Assembly: GCA_031364845.1 (NCBI GenBank)
Contig: JANLWX010000223.1
Coordinates: 1-40,832 of the forward strand
Direction: 5' to 3'
Source: Candidatus Eiseniibacteriota bacterium
Lineage (GTDB): Bacteria; Eisenbacteria; RBG-16-71-46
DNA: 40,832 nt
In this document: piece after piece, positions 18,289-28,233 of the stretch
How positions within the stretch are numbered: the first letter of the stretch is position 1
How the letters are laid out: each line of letters begins with the position of its first letter
Translations under genes and position numbers: made by a program
The notes under the pieces: generated by a model
Told to the model about the DNA's origin: nothing
The model's input: only the letters and a program-made list of their open reading frames with translations
Databases searched by the model: none

Positions 18289-18867
18289 CTATCGGTTCTC
18301 GCGACGCGAGCCGGTGCGGCCCGAAGAGATCGTGAACAGATCGCCGGCCGACTCGACCTTGCCGTGGAATCGGGCCTCGAGTTGCAGCAGCCACTTCTTG
18401 CGCGTCACGCCGCCACCGTAGCCCGTCATCTCGCCCTTGGCGCCGATCACGCGGTGACAGGGCACGATGATCGCGAGCGGATTCTGATTGTTCGCGAGCC
18501 CGACGGCGCGCGCCGAGCGCGGCTGTCCGATCGCCTTCGCGATCTGACCGTAAGTGCGCGTTTCGCCGTAAGGAATTTCGAGCAGCGCGCGCCACACCTG
18601 CAACTGGAACGGTGAGCCCGAGACCGAGGTCGGCACGTCGAACGTGTCGAGGGCGCCACAGAAGTAGGCTTCGAGTTGCTCGACGACCGGCTTCAAGTCG
18701 AGCAGCGACGGCTCCCATGTGGCTTCGGGATATTCCGCGGAGTGATTCGCGATCATGCGCTTGATGCTCTTGCGGTCCATGAATTCCAGGTGCCGCAGAC
18801 CCTGAGCCGTTTGCGCGAGAAACAGCAATCCAACCGGCGACGTCATGACGTGGTAGGCGATTCTCAT
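18289..18867 (-). CDS. ogt: Methylated-DNA-[protein]-cysteine S-methyltransferase
   Basis: FQLQVW, IPYGETRTYG, ARAVG, active-site PCHRVIG, GYGGG. Confidence 0.93.
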   Translation of the reverse strand: MRIAYHVMTSPVGLLFLAQTAQGLRHLEFMDRKSIKRMIANHSAEYPEATWEPSLLDLKPVVEQLEAYFCGALDTFDVPTSVSGSPFQLQVWRALLEIPYGETRTYGQIAKAIGQPRSARAVGLANNQNPLAIIVPCHRVIGAKGEMTGYGGGVTRKKWLLQLEARFHGKVESAGDLFTISSGRTGSRRENR

Positions 18868-18909
18868 GCGATGAGACTACTCCGGACGATCGTTGATCCG
18901 CCAGCCGGG

Positions 18910-19644
18910 CTACCCGCGCAGGGGTGTGAGGCGCGGAAGGAACCGTCCCGTCCTCTCCCGCCAGCGGCGGAAGGTGTCTCCGAACTGGCTCTCGAGGAAC
19001 GCGTCTTCGCGCCGCATGCGTTGATCGAGCAGCAGGTAGAGGACCGCGACCAGGATCAACCCGACCGCGCTGCCGAAGGCGATCACGGTTCCGAGCGCGA
19101 CGAGGAATGTGCCGAGGTAGCCGGGATGGCGCACGATCGCGTAGAGCCCCGAGGTCTCGAGCGCATGCCCGCGCTGGGCGACGAGCAGCGGCGAGAAACG
19201 TGAACCGAGCCGCGCGATCGCGGCGATCCGCAGCGCAAAGCCGAGCCCCGACAGGATCACGCCGCCCCAGCGCGTGATCGCGCCGCCCGGAATCGGCCAC
19301 ACGTCGCGGGCTTCGCCCCACGCGGAGAGCGCGGGCACGAACAGCGGAACGACGAGCAGTGCCGGCAGCGTCCACTTGGGCTCCGCGGCGGTGGCGATCG
19401 GATCGTGCGTGCGCACCGGGCGCGCGAGGCTCAGCACGAGCCCGCCCGCGAACCAGATCACGAGCAGCGTGAGCGCGCGGGGATGGGACAACAGCGACGG
19501 GAGTCCGCCGAGGCCGAAAGCGATCAGCGCCACGTCCACACCGGTCGCCGCGAGCGAGCCCGAGATCGCGATCAGCGGGTTGGGCGGGCTCGCGGGGGAT
19601 GTGGTCTTCGATGTGCTTGCGTCAGTTCTCGATCGCGAGCTCAT
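18910..19644 (-). CDS. Isoprenylcysteine carboxyl methyltransferase (ICMT/PEMT)-family membrane protein
   Basis: Several TM helices; HALETSGLYAIVRHPGYLG; RMRREDAFL...FG...RFLP. Start uncertain. Confidence 0.8.
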   Translation of the reverse strand: MSSRSRTDASTSKTTSPASPPNPLIAISGSLAATGVDVALIAFGLGGLPSLLSHPRALTLLVIWFAGGLVLSLARPVRTHDPIATAAEPKWTLPALLVVPLFVPALSAWGEARDVWPIPGGAITRWGGVILSGLGFALRIAAIARLGSRFSPLLVAQRGHALETSGLYAIVRHPGYLGTFLVALGTVIAFGSAVGLILVAVLYLLLDQRMRREDAFLESQFGDTFRRWRERTGRFLPRLTPLRG

Positions 19645-20980
19645 GCGCCTGCCAGTCGATCGTGACGCGCCAGTCGCGGAAGAAGTCGCCGGCCAGCAGC
19701 GCATCGCGGCGCACGCCGTGCCGCCACAGCTCCGAAGAGTCGAGTGCTCCCGACCAGCCTTGAACCTTGTCCTGCGCAACCGGGCCGACCGTGATCGCGG
19801 GCACCAGCACTGCGGTCCACGCCTTGCCCTGCAGCCACTGCCCGGCGTTCTTCGCGACGCGCGACAGCATGCCCGGTTTGACGCCGGCTTCGTCGAACAC
19901 TTCGCGGGGTGCTCCGATTCCGCACGAGGGCACGCCGCTCTGGACCACCATCGCCATGCGCCGGCCGCCGCCGATCGATCCGTAGACCGTCAGTTCGCTC
20001 TCGCCCCACATCTCGAACGGAACGCGCGGCGTTCCCACCGCGATCTCAGGTGTGGTTCCCGCGCGGCGCAGTTCGAGCACGTGGTTCTTCCAGTCGATCG
20101 TCGGCGTGAAGCGGCGCAGCAGATTGAGCCCGATCACCCCCGCGACCGGCTCGCCGTACGGATTCACATCGAGGCTCCACTTGCGCAGCGACACCACGCC
20201 GGCCGGCAGGTTCTCGATGCGGATCCCGCCGATCTCGAGCCGCTGGACGATCGCGTTCGAAACCGCGATGCGCCCACCCGACCAGAACTCGGTGCGCTGC
20301 GCCGACAGCTTGCGCACGTTGGCGCGGCGCATCGCCGACGGATCGATCAGGAGATCCGCCGCGCCGGTGTCGAGCGCCATCAGCACCGCGCGCCCGTTGA
20401 GCTTCACGCGCACGAGCGGGGTCGGATGGGAGCGCACCCACAGGATGCGCGCGACTTCGGGGCCGCCGCTCACCTGATAGGGCGGTGCCTCGGCGAACGC
20501 GCGCAGCATCTCGGCGCGGCCCGGCTGTCCGAGGTCGTCCGCGATCTTCGCGGCGTCGGAGTACTGGCCGAGACGGATACGCGCGGACAGCAGATCCTCG
20601 ATCGCGCCCGGTTCGGGGCCGGCCGCGACCAGCAGGCTCTCCGCCTGGGTGAGGCGGTCGCGATAGAGCGCGATCTTGCCGAGTGCCGCGAGCGCTTCTG
20701 AGTCCCGCGGGTTCAATGCCAGCGCGCGTCCATAGACGATCCCCGCTTCGTCGAGCCGCGCGAGCTTGAGCACCTGTCCGCCCAGCGAATCGAGCCGTCC
20801 CGGCGTATTCGAGTTTCCTGCCGTGTCGCGCGCCGCCATGCGCGCCAACAGTTGTGTTTCGCGCAGCGACGGGTCGGGCTGCAGCCATTCGGCGCGCGCG
20901 ATCGGTGTGCACGCGAGGGCCGCGGCGATCACCACGGCAACCGCGGTCCAGCGTGTCCTGTTCCGCATGGAAGCCGTCAT
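19622..20980 (-). CDS. Exported TPR plus retropepsin-like aspartyl protease domain protein
   Basis: Signal peptide ARA; TPR helices (YGRALALNPRDSEAL); LMALDTGA and GVIGLNLL in domain 1; second domain VVQSG ... ALLAGDFF...VTIDW. Confidence 0.8.
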   Translation of the reverse strand: MTASMRNRTRWTAVAVVIAAALACTPIARAEWLQPDPSLRETQLLARMAARDTAGNSNTPGRLDSLGGQVLKLARLDEAGIVYGRALALNPRDSEALAALGKIALYRDRLTQAESLLVAAGPEPGAIEDLLSARIRLGQYSDAAKIADDLGQPGRAEMLRAFAEAPPYQVSGGPEVARILWVRSHPTPLVRVKLNGRAVLMALDTGAADLLIDPSAMRRANVRKLSAQRTEFWSGGRIAVSNAIVQRLEIGGIRIENLPAGVVSLRKWSLDVNPYGEPVAGVIGLNLLRRFTPTIDWKNHVLELRRAGTTPEIAVGTPRVPFEMWGESELTVYGSIGGGRRMAMVVQSGVPSCGIGAPREVFDEAGVKPGMLSRVAKNAGQWLQGKAWTAVLVPAITVGPVAQDKVQGWSGALDSSELWRHGVRRDALLAGDFFRDWRVTIDWQAHELAIEN

Positions 20981-22155
20981 GCGCCGAGGAACCGATGAGT
21001 GGTGCGCAGCAGGATCTCCGCTCCGATCGCCATGCTCGCTTCGTCGACATCAAAGCGCGGATGGTGATGGCCGTACGTCAGTCCGCGCGAGGTGTTGCGC
21101 GAGCCGACCGCGATGAAGCAGCCGGGCACGCGATTGAGGAACCACGAGAAATCCTCGCCGCCCATCGTGATCACGTCGTCGACGACGTTCTCGCGCCCCA
21201 CCACTTCGATGGCCGCTTCGCGCGCCAGCTCCGCCATCGCGGCGTCGTTGACGGTCGCGCGGTTGTGGCGCGTGTAGCGGATGTCGGCAGTGCAGCCGAG
21301 GCCCTCGGCGACACTGCGCACGATCTTCTCGAAACGCGCGGGCAACTCGTTCCACACGCCGTCGTCGAACACCCGCACCGTGCCGTTCAGCCACGCCGTT
21401 TCGGGGATGATGTTGAACGCGGTGCCCGCTTTCACCTGCGTCACGCTGACGACGACCGCCTTGAACGGATCGGTTCCGCGCGACGCGATGGTCTGTAGTG
21501 CCGTGACCACGTGTGCCGCGGCGACGATCGGATCGAGGCCCATCTCCGGCATCGCAGCGTGGGCGCCGCGGCCGCGGAGCGTCACTTCGAACTCATCCAC
21601 AGCCGCCATGAACGGGCCGGTCGTGACGCCGATCTTGCCGAGATCGAGGTCCTGCCACACGTGCAGGCCGAACGCGGCATCGGGGCGCGGACCTTCGAGC
21701 GCGCCGTCGTCTATCATCTCGATCGCGCCGCCGCCCTGCTCCTCGGCCGGCTGGAAGCACAGCTTCACCTGGCCCGGGAGCGAATCGCGGTCCTCGACCA
21801 GCCGCTTCGAGATGCCGAGCAGGATCGACGTGTGGCAGTCGTGCCCGCACGCATGCATCTTGCCCGCGGTCTGCGAGCGGTAGGGGACGTCGTTCTCTTC
21901 GTGGATCGGAAGCGCGTCCATGTCCGCGCGCAGCAGCACCGTCTTGCCGGGGCGCGCACCTTTGACGGTGGCGAGCACGCCGGTGCGTCCGACGCCCGTG
22001 CGCACATCGAGGCCCAGCTGCTTCAATCGCTCGGCGACGATGCCCGCGGTGCGGATCTCCTCGAACGCAGTTTCGGGATGCGCGTGCAGATCGCGCCGGG
22101 TCTCGACCATCTCGCGCACTTCGGCTTCGGTGAACGTGGGGCGGGTGCGGATCAT
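20977..22155 (-). CDS. M20D-family amidohydrolase
   Basis: RRDLHAHPE, LRADMDALP, MHACGHD, FQPAEE, GEDF, HHP. Alternative start at 22176. Confidence 0.93.
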   Translation of the reverse strand: MIRTRPTFTEAEVREMVETRRDLHAHPETAFEEIRTAGIVAERLKQLGLDVRTGVGRTGVLATVKGARPGKTVLLRADMDALPIHEENDVPYRSQTAGKMHACGHDCHTSILLGISKRLVEDRDSLPGQVKLCFQPAEEQGGGAIEMIDDGALEGPRPDAAFGLHVWQDLDLGKIGVTTGPFMAAVDEFEVTLRGRGAHAAMPEMGLDPIVAAAHVVTALQTIASRGTDPFKAVVVSVTQVKAGTAFNIIPETAWLNGTVRVFDDGVWNELPARFEKIVRSVAEGLGCTADIRYTRHNRATVNDAAMAELAREAAIEVVGRENVVDDVITMGGEDFSWFLNRVPGCFIAVGSRNTSRGLTYGHHHPRFDVDEASMAIGAEILLRTTHRFLGA

Positions 22156-22243
22156 GGAGAGCCTCGATTGGACCATTCGGGCCGGAGCGCGCGATGGCGC
22201 TCCGGCCCGTCGTCATGGTTCCGCCGGCCGATACCGGCGTTGT

Positions 22244-23728
22244 CTACTTGGTCGTGTCCGCCGGAGCCGCCTCGGACTTCTGGAGCAGGCGGCGGCGTTC
22301 GACTTCCTTCTTCAGCACGTCCTTGTTGAGCACCACGAACTCGACCCGGCGGTTCTTCGCCATGTTGAGATCGCTGTTGTTCGGGACGAGCGGACGCGAC
22401 TCGCCGTAGCCCTTCGCCGTGAACTGCTCGGGCTTGAGGCTGAACTTCTGGACGAGATAGTTGAGCACCGACTGAACGCGCGCCTCGCTGAGCCTCTGGT
22501 TGTACTTCGTGGTTCCGCGGTGATCCGCGTGGCCGCCGATTTCGATCTTCAGCTCCGGCCACTTGGTCAGCACCTGTCCCACGATATCGAGACGCGGCAG
22601 CGACTCGGGCAGCAGGTCGGCCTTCGCGGTCACGAAGTTGACGTCCTGGAGCCGGATCATGCCGGTGTCGAGCAACTCGGTCTCACGCTCGCGCACTTCG
22701 ATCGGGCAGCCTTCGGCGTCGACCTTCAAGCCGGCGAACGTGTCGGGGCACTTGTCGATGCCGTCGAACACGCCGTCACCGTCGCTGTCCTTCGGGCAGC
22801 CCTTCTCGTCGACGGTGGCGCCTGCGGGCGTTCCCGCGCACTGATCGATGCCGTCCAACACCTTGTCGTTGTCCGCGTCGCCGGGGCAGCCCTTCGCGTC
22901 GACCGTGGCGCCCTTGGGCGTGTCGGCGCACTGATCGATGCCGTCGTAGACGCCGTCGCCGTCCGCATCGCTCGGGCAGCCCTTCGCGTCGATCGTCGCA
23001 CCCTTCGGCGTGTTGGCGCACTGATCGAGCCCGTCGAGCACGCCGTCGCCGTCGCTGTCGGTCGGGCAGCCGGTGGCATCCACCGTCGCGCCGATCGGAG
23101 TGGCCGGGCACTTGTCCTTGCGATCGGGAACGCCGTCGCCGTCGGTGTCGCGCGGCGTGCCGCCCAAGGCGACCGTCAGTCCGGCGCCGAGGAGGAACGT
23201 GTGCGTCTCGATCTTGGTCGGCTCTTCACGGTTCAACCACAGAAGATCGCGCGCTTCGAAGCGCGCGCCAAGCATGTCGTTGAACCAGAGATTCAGTCCG
23301 GCCGCGGCCTCGAGGTTGCCCTGCTTCAGCTCTTCGATGCCGCCGCTCGCGGGCTTGAGCTGGCTGAAGCCGAAGCCGAGCGAAACGAACGGACCGCCGA
23401 AGTTGCCCGTGAAGGGCGAGAACACGAGGTTGCCCGACCAGTGGAAGAAGTCGACATCGATCGCGTCGGCCGACGTGTCCTCGTTGGTCGCAGTGAAGCC
23501 GGCGGCGCCTTCGAGCCCGAGCCACGGCGAGAACTGCCATCCGAGACGTCCGCCCAGATTGACGCCGTCCTTGAGCGGGGCGCGCGGATAGCGCAGGTCG
23601 CCATCGAAGATGGTGTAGCCAGCGTAGGGTGTGATGTAACCGTACGAACCCGACGGCGCCGCCGCGGCGGGACCCGCGGTACACAACGCCAACAGCACAA
23701 GACCTGCGAGCCCGAAGCGCGCACGCAT
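22244..23728 (-). CDS. OmpA-family protein: N-terminal beta-barrel, thrombospondin type-3 repeats, OmpA_C domain
   Basis: AGGAGG RBS; signal peptide; five DxDGDGVxDxxDxC repeats; IGGHAD...YNQRLSEAR...GYGESRP...NRRVEF. Confidence 0.93.
   Translation of the reverse strand: MRARFGLAGLVLLALCTAGPAAAAPSGSYGYITPYAGYTIFDGDLRYPRAPLKDGVNLGGRLGWQFSPWLGLEGAAGFTATNEDTSADAIDVDFFHWSGNLVFSPFTGNFGGPFVSLGFGFSQLKPASGGIEELKQGNLEAAAGLNLWFNDMLGARFEARDLLWLNREEPTKIETHTFLLGAGLTVALGGTPRDTDGDGVPDRKDKCPATPIGATVDATGCPTDSDGDGVLDGLDQCANTPKGATIDAKGCPSDADGDGVYDGIDQCADTPKGATVDAKGCPGDADNDKVLDGIDQCAGTPAGATVDEKGCPKDSDGDGVFDGIDKCPDTFAGLKVDAEGCPIEVRERETELLDTGMIRLQDVNFVTAKADLLPESLPRLDIVGQVLTKWPELKIEIGGHADHRGTTKYNQRLSEARVQSVLNYLVQKFSLKPEQFTAKGYGESRPLVPNNSDLNMAKNRRVEFVVLNKDVLKKEVERRRLLQKSEAAPADTTK
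22703..23149 (-). repeat. Five tandem 90-nt (30-aa) TSP3-like Ca-binding repeats within the OmpA gene
   Basis: Units such as DSDGDGVLDGLDQCANTPKGATIDAKGCPS repeat five times, also visible at DNA level (CGGGCAGCC...). Confidence 0.9.
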
Positions 23729-24046
23729 GATGACCTCCTAGTCATGGTTCCAGTTCACGCGGGGGAGCGGCGCGTGGGATCGATTTCAAGATTGAGTCGC
23801 GGACGATAAGGCGCGGCAGGCGGCGAGGCAAGGACGGGAGGCGTGGGGCTGGACGAGGGCTCCAGGATGAGGCACCCAGGCGATTTCCAAGGTGGTTCCC
23901 GCCGCGGCAACGCTTGCTGCGCGGGTGGACTGCCGACCGCGGAGTATTCGCAAGATGCTCAGGACGCTCGAGGATGTTGGGAACGTCGTTCGCCCGAGCA
24001 CGAGGCGGGACCTTAAACCTCTACGACCTTGACGGGTTGTTTCCGA

Positions 24047-25033
24047 CTACGGCGCTGTCAGGCGACTCGCGGAGCCCGTTCCAGACGGAGCCGGCGGGTG
24101 GACGGTGACCGGTGGGCTCCAACGGGTACCGTCGTAGTGGAGGATCCCTTCTTGCCCGGCGGCGAATACGTCGTGCTTCGAGGTTCCCCAAACACCGTAC
24201 AGATTTCCGGTCGTGCCGCTCGCCTGCGCGCTCCATCCTGTGCCGTCGTAATGCAGGATGGTGCCGTTCACGCCCACCGCGAACACGTCGTTCGGCGCGC
24301 TGCCCCAGATCCTGAACAGGTTGTTCGTGGTGCCGCTCGCCTGAGGACTCCAGCTCACGCCGTCGTAGTGCGTGATGTAGGGGCCGGCCACCGCGAACAC
24401 GTCATGGCTGGAACTGCCCCACAGGGCGCGCGATGGCGCACCCGTGTACTGACGGGTCCAGCGCGTGCCGTCGTAGTGAAGGATCGAGTCTGTGAGACCA
24501 GCGACAAACACGTCCTGCGGGGAGCTTCCCCAGATACCTTGCAGCCATTCGCCCCGGCCAGTGGTGAAGGCGCTCCACGCGCTGCCGTCGTAATGCAGGA
24601 TCCATCCTTCGCGTCCCACCGCGTACACATCGCGCCTCGAGGTTCCCCAGACAGACTGGAGCGCCGCCGGGGCGGAGGCCACCACCCTCCAGGTGCGACC
24701 GTCGAAGTGATAGACCTTCCCGGTGCGACCGCCATCGGGGCTGCTCCACGCGACATACCCGTCGTTGCTTGCCGGCACCCAGATGTCGTTCAGGAATGCA
24801 GTCGAGATTCTGCCCTCCGCGGCCCAGCGTCGGCCGTCGTAGTGCCAGACCGTCGAGGTCCCGAGCGCGTAGACGTCGCTGGCTGATGAGCCACCCACTG
24901 CAAAGAACCACGGATCCAAATGCCGCGGGTCAAAAGAGCCGCACCCGGCCAGCAGCATCAGGGGGCCCGCGATTGCTGCCGGGCAGACCCAACAGGCGAA
25001 CGATCTCGCGGCGGTCCGGACCACCCTCAGCAT
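24047..25033 (-). CDS. Probable lipoprotein with seven WGxSxxDVxAVG...HYDGxxW repeats (beta-propeller)
   Basis: Lipobox LLAGC; seven roughly 40-aa repeats ending H[YF]DGxxW. Start uncertain. Confidence 0.8.
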   Translation of the reverse strand: MLRVVRTAARSFACWVCPAAIAGPLMLLAGCGSFDPRHLDPWFFAVGGSSASDVYALGTSTVWHYDGRRWAAEGRISTAFLNDIWVPASNDGYVAWSSPDGGRTGKVYHFDGRTWRVVASAPAALQSVWGTSRRDVYAVGREGWILHYDGSAWSAFTTGRGEWLQGIWGSSPQDVFVAGLTDSILHYDGTRWTRQYTGAPSRALWGSSSHDVFAVAGPYITHYDGVSWSPQASGTTNNLFRIWGSAPNDVFAVGVNGTILHYDGTGWSAQASGTTGNLYGVWGTSKHDVFAAGQEGILHYDGTRWSPPVTVHPPAPSGTGSASRLTAP

Positions 25034-25118
25034 CCTTGTTGCCCCCGAAAGACCGGGGTCAGTGCGGCCAGTTGGTCGCGAGGTTCTTCGCACCCTTTGC
25101 ACCTCTCCACGACCCGCC

Positions 25119-25736
25119 TCAATGCGCCACGACCAAGTCGAAGCCCAACTTCACCGAGAACAGGTCGGTTGCAGGGAAGGTGAAGTTTGCGGAGGAGTTC
25201 GGAGCCGTTACGCGCTCGGGCAGGTGGTCGTAGCGAACCTCGGCTCGGATGAATCCGTGGCCGTCGCTCACTGGTTTTCGCAGGCCGATGCCGGCGCCGA
25301 ACACGGGACGTGTCGCGGCGAGTGAGCCGCCGTACGCGGTCAGGGCGGTCTCGTGGACGATGCCTACGCCGCCGTTCACAAACGGGCTCAGCCCGCGCCA
25401 GCTCGGCGCGTTCACCTGGATTTGCGGCAGCGCCTCGACCGTCGTCTCCTCTGAGCCGACGATCCCGGTATGATCCACGCTCATGAGACCGATATCGGCG
25501 TTCAGGTCCCAGCGACCACCCCGCGAGACATACCCGACGCGGAGCCCCGGCTGTCCCCACGCTTGGGCGCCGGGGAGTCCCAGAACGTCGTCCTTGAAGC
25601 GCGGGTAGTCGGGATAGGAGAGGCGCGTGTAGCCGAAGGACGCGCCGAGCACGACCTCCGCCCCGGCGGAACGGCCGCCGGTGAGCGACACGATGACGAT
25701 CGCACACACGGCGCGGAGGATTCTGCATCGGCCCAT
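25119..25736 (-). CDS. Small outer-membrane beta-barrel protein
   Basis: AAGGAGGT RBS; signal peptide; alternating strands SPFVNGGVG, VFGAGIGL, IRAEVRYD, FSVKLGFDL. Confidence 0.75.
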   Translation of the reverse strand: MGRCRILRAVCAIVIVSLTGGRSAGAEVVLGASFGYTRLSYPDYPRFKDDVLGLPGAQAWGQPGLRVGYVSRGGRWDLNADIGLMSVDHTGIVGSEETTVEALPQIQVNAPSWRGLSPFVNGGVGIVHETALTAYGGSLAATRPVFGAGIGLRKPVSDGHGFIRAEVRYDHLPERVTAPNSSANFTFPATDLFSVKLGFDLVVAH

Positions 25737-26003
25737 CTGTACCTCCTTGATGGCGCGTCGGCGCGAGCGACATTGAACCTCGCAGGCCACCCGCCTCCAG
25801 TCTGAGCGATGGTCTCTTACGTTTCCCCGTCCATAGTCCAAACGTTCCCACACCGTACGCCCATGTGGACGAGTGCGAGTAATGGAGTTTACTCCGGAAG
25901 CTATCACTAGGGGGGCCTGGGCCCTGTGGCCGACCGCGTATCCAGGCCCCGCCAGCTGAACGACCCGCCCATGTTCAGACTGCAGAACCCAGGATCCCGC
26001 ACT

Positions 26004-28211
26004 CTATTGTTTCGCGGCGCGAAGCTGGATGAGGCGCTCACGCGCCACACGAGCGGAGACGGGATCGATTCCCGCGATGACTGTTCGGAGTTGGCGCTCT
26101 GCCCCTGTGAAGTCGCCCGCTCCCGAGAGGGCCTCTGCTCGCGCCAAGACGACCTCCATCGGAATCGGGCCGTGGCGCTCAAGGGAGTTCGTCGATCTTT
26201 CCAGCATGCGGTCCATCTCCTGCCACTTGCCGAGCCGGCCCGCGACGATGGCGTAGACCTGAATGGCCCAGACATCCTCGGGAACGACGGTCAACGCGGC
26301 CAGGCACAGATCCTCAGCCGCAGCCCACCTTCGAAGCGCGCCCAGGTTCTCGGCCAGATCGTTTGCAAACGGGCCGTATCGCTCCGAATAGGAAACGCGA
26401 AGCGGCTGGGCCCAAAGCGGAATGTCGGGGACGACGTCGATGAGTTGTTCGCGCCCACGAAGCAGGCGATCGGCGGAAAGCTTGAAGTCGTCCGGCACGG
26501 TTCGAGCCCACCAGAACATGTCGAGGCCACCATTCGAAGCGATGGCTTCGCGCGCGCGAGGCGTCAATCGATAGATGGATATCGCGGGACCATCAACTCC
26601 ATCGCCGGACTCGAAGAACGCTGCACGCTCGGCGAACCGATCCAGCAACGAATAGAATCGTCGTTGTTCGTGGAATCGAGACGTGTCCATCTCGAATCGC
26701 CCCCGAACCGACTGGCTCGTGATGACCCAGTCGACGTCCCGTAACAATCTGACGTCGTACACCGCCGCGTTCCAATCCACGGCGTGTGGATAGACGTTCC
26801 GTTCGGACGACTCGCCCGGCAGCAGGCTCACCGGCGTGTGCCCGCTCACGATCAGAGGCAGCCTCACCATGTAATACGTGCGTTGACTCATGAATGCCGA
26901 GCGCGTGGCCGGGCTGGCGGATCGAAATATCGGGCTGGCCGTGATCTCTGCGTGCCGCGCATGACTGAGCAGTTGGGGTCCACCCGCCTCGGTGATCACG
27001 AGAGTGTTCTCTGAAAGGTGTTCGTCGCACCATCGATGCGCCTCGAGCTGCGTCGTCGTGCGGCCCTGGCCGGCGGAGTGCAGGCCGAGCCAGACAGGTT
27101 GAAGCACCAGAGCCGCGATCACGCCGAATCGCATGAGTGATTGCCGGTTCCTGCCCAGCAGTCGAACCGTCCGCTCTGCGCCTGCGGCCATCAGGATCGA
27201 ACTCACCGCGACGATGGAAACCATGTATCGGTCAGCTTCAATGGATGCCCAGGCGATCGCTCCGAACATGACGATCCATGTCAGCCACAACAGCCCGACG
27301 CGGTCTCCGCTCGAGGAACGGGGCACGGAGAGCAGCGACATGGCCATGACTGCAATTCCTGCCCACCCGATGTTGTCTCTCAGTTCCAGCGCGTAGAAGG
27401 CGAAGCCGTGACCCTCGAGCTTCCCGAGACCGCCTTGGCGCGCGATATCGCCCAAGTAGGCTGCATCGCGCAGAAAGTCTCCCCAACTCACGATGAGATA
27501 CGGTGTCGTAACCAGGAACGAAAGCGTGGCCACAACGGCTGCGACGATGCCGGCACGCAATGCCGCGAATCCTGGCTGTCGTTGCCAAACCGCAACGAGA
27601 AGCGGAAGCGCCAACACTATCGCCGGATATTTGGCCCCCGTGGCCAGCCCGATGAAGGCACTGGCGATCATCAACCGTGTCCATCCACCCCGGTCGCGAT
27701 AGACGAGAAGCCGGTCCAGCGCAGAGACCGACAAGGCGCACATGATCGCGTCCGGGTTGAGCAGCCGCGACGTAGTGATCATCGTGGGTGAAACGGCGAC
27801 GATGCCCATGGCAAGCATCGATGGCCATTCGCCGAAGCGCAGAGCGATACGGCCGACGATGAGCAGGGTCGCGACATCGGCTGCGATTCCGAGCATCCGA
27901 GCGGCGATCACAGGTCCGGTGGGATCGACGACGATCGAGAGTAGAAAGTCCGCAGGCGATGAAAAGCGTCCTGCGAAGCAATAGACATGTTGAATGGCGA
28001 GGTGCAGGTAGATGGATAGCGAGGGGTAATCGAATGAATGAGGATTGAGTGAAACAGGGTTGCCATCACCCCACAGGTCGAGCGCCTTGCGGAAGACGAA
28101 TGCTTCCTCGGTGAAATCGGGCAGGCCGTGACCGACATGCCAGGCCCTCAGAGCCATCGCGAGAAGCGCGAGGGCAACGGTCGAAACTTCGAGACGACGC
28201 GACAGGATCAT
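26004..28211 (-). CDS. GT-C fold glycosyltransferase (GT39/ArnT-like) with a C-terminal periplasmic TPR-like region
   Basis: GGAGGAGG RBS; LNPHSFDYPSL, AARML, GLATGAKYP, FLVTTPY, DRYM motifs; many TM helices; helical-repeat C-terminus. Confidence 0.8.
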   Translation of the reverse strand: MILSRRLEVSTVALALLAMALRAWHVGHGLPDFTEEAFVFRKALDLWGDGNPVSLNPHSFDYPSLSIYLHLAIQHVYCFAGRFSSPADFLLSIVVDPTGPVIAARMLGIAADVATLLIVGRIALRFGEWPSMLAMGIVAVSPTMITTSRLLNPDAIMCALSVSALDRLLVYRDRGGWTRLMIASAFIGLATGAKYPAIVLALPLLVAVWQRQPGFAALRAGIVAAVVATLSFLVTTPYLIVSWGDFLRDAAYLGDIARQGGLGKLEGHGFAFYALELRDNIGWAGIAVMAMSLLSVPRSSSGDRVGLLWLTWIVMFGAIAWASIEADRYMVSIVAVSSILMAAGAERTVRLLGRNRQSLMRFGVIAALVLQPVWLGLHSAGQGRTTTQLEAHRWCDEHLSENTLVITEAGGPQLLSHARHAEITASPIFRSASPATRSAFMSQRTYYMVRLPLIVSGHTPVSLLPGESSERNVYPHAVDWNAAVYDVRLLRDVDWVITSQSVRGRFEMDTSRFHEQRRFYSLLDRFAERAAFFESGDGVDGPAISIYRLTPRAREAIASNGGLDMFWWARTVPDDFKLSADRLLRGREQLIDVVPDIPLWAQPLRVSYSERYGPFANDLAENLGALRRWAAAEDLCLAALTVVPEDVWAIQVYAIVAGRLGKWQEMDRMLERSTNSLERHGPIPMEVVLARAEALSGAGDFTGAERQLRTVIAGIDPVSARVARERLIQLRAAKQ

Positions 28212-28233
28212 CGTGGCGAGTCGCCTCCTCCCG

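Noticed and set aside
22703..23149. Regular DNA repeats as a possible CRISPR array
   Set aside because: They are in-frame 90-nt degenerate coding repeats (TSP3-like) with no unique spacers and no cas genes.
23898..23960. Two small hairpins upstream of ompA as a possible ncRNA
   Set aside because: Short GC-rich stems with wobble pairs and no recognisable family; indistinguishable from chance without covariation data.
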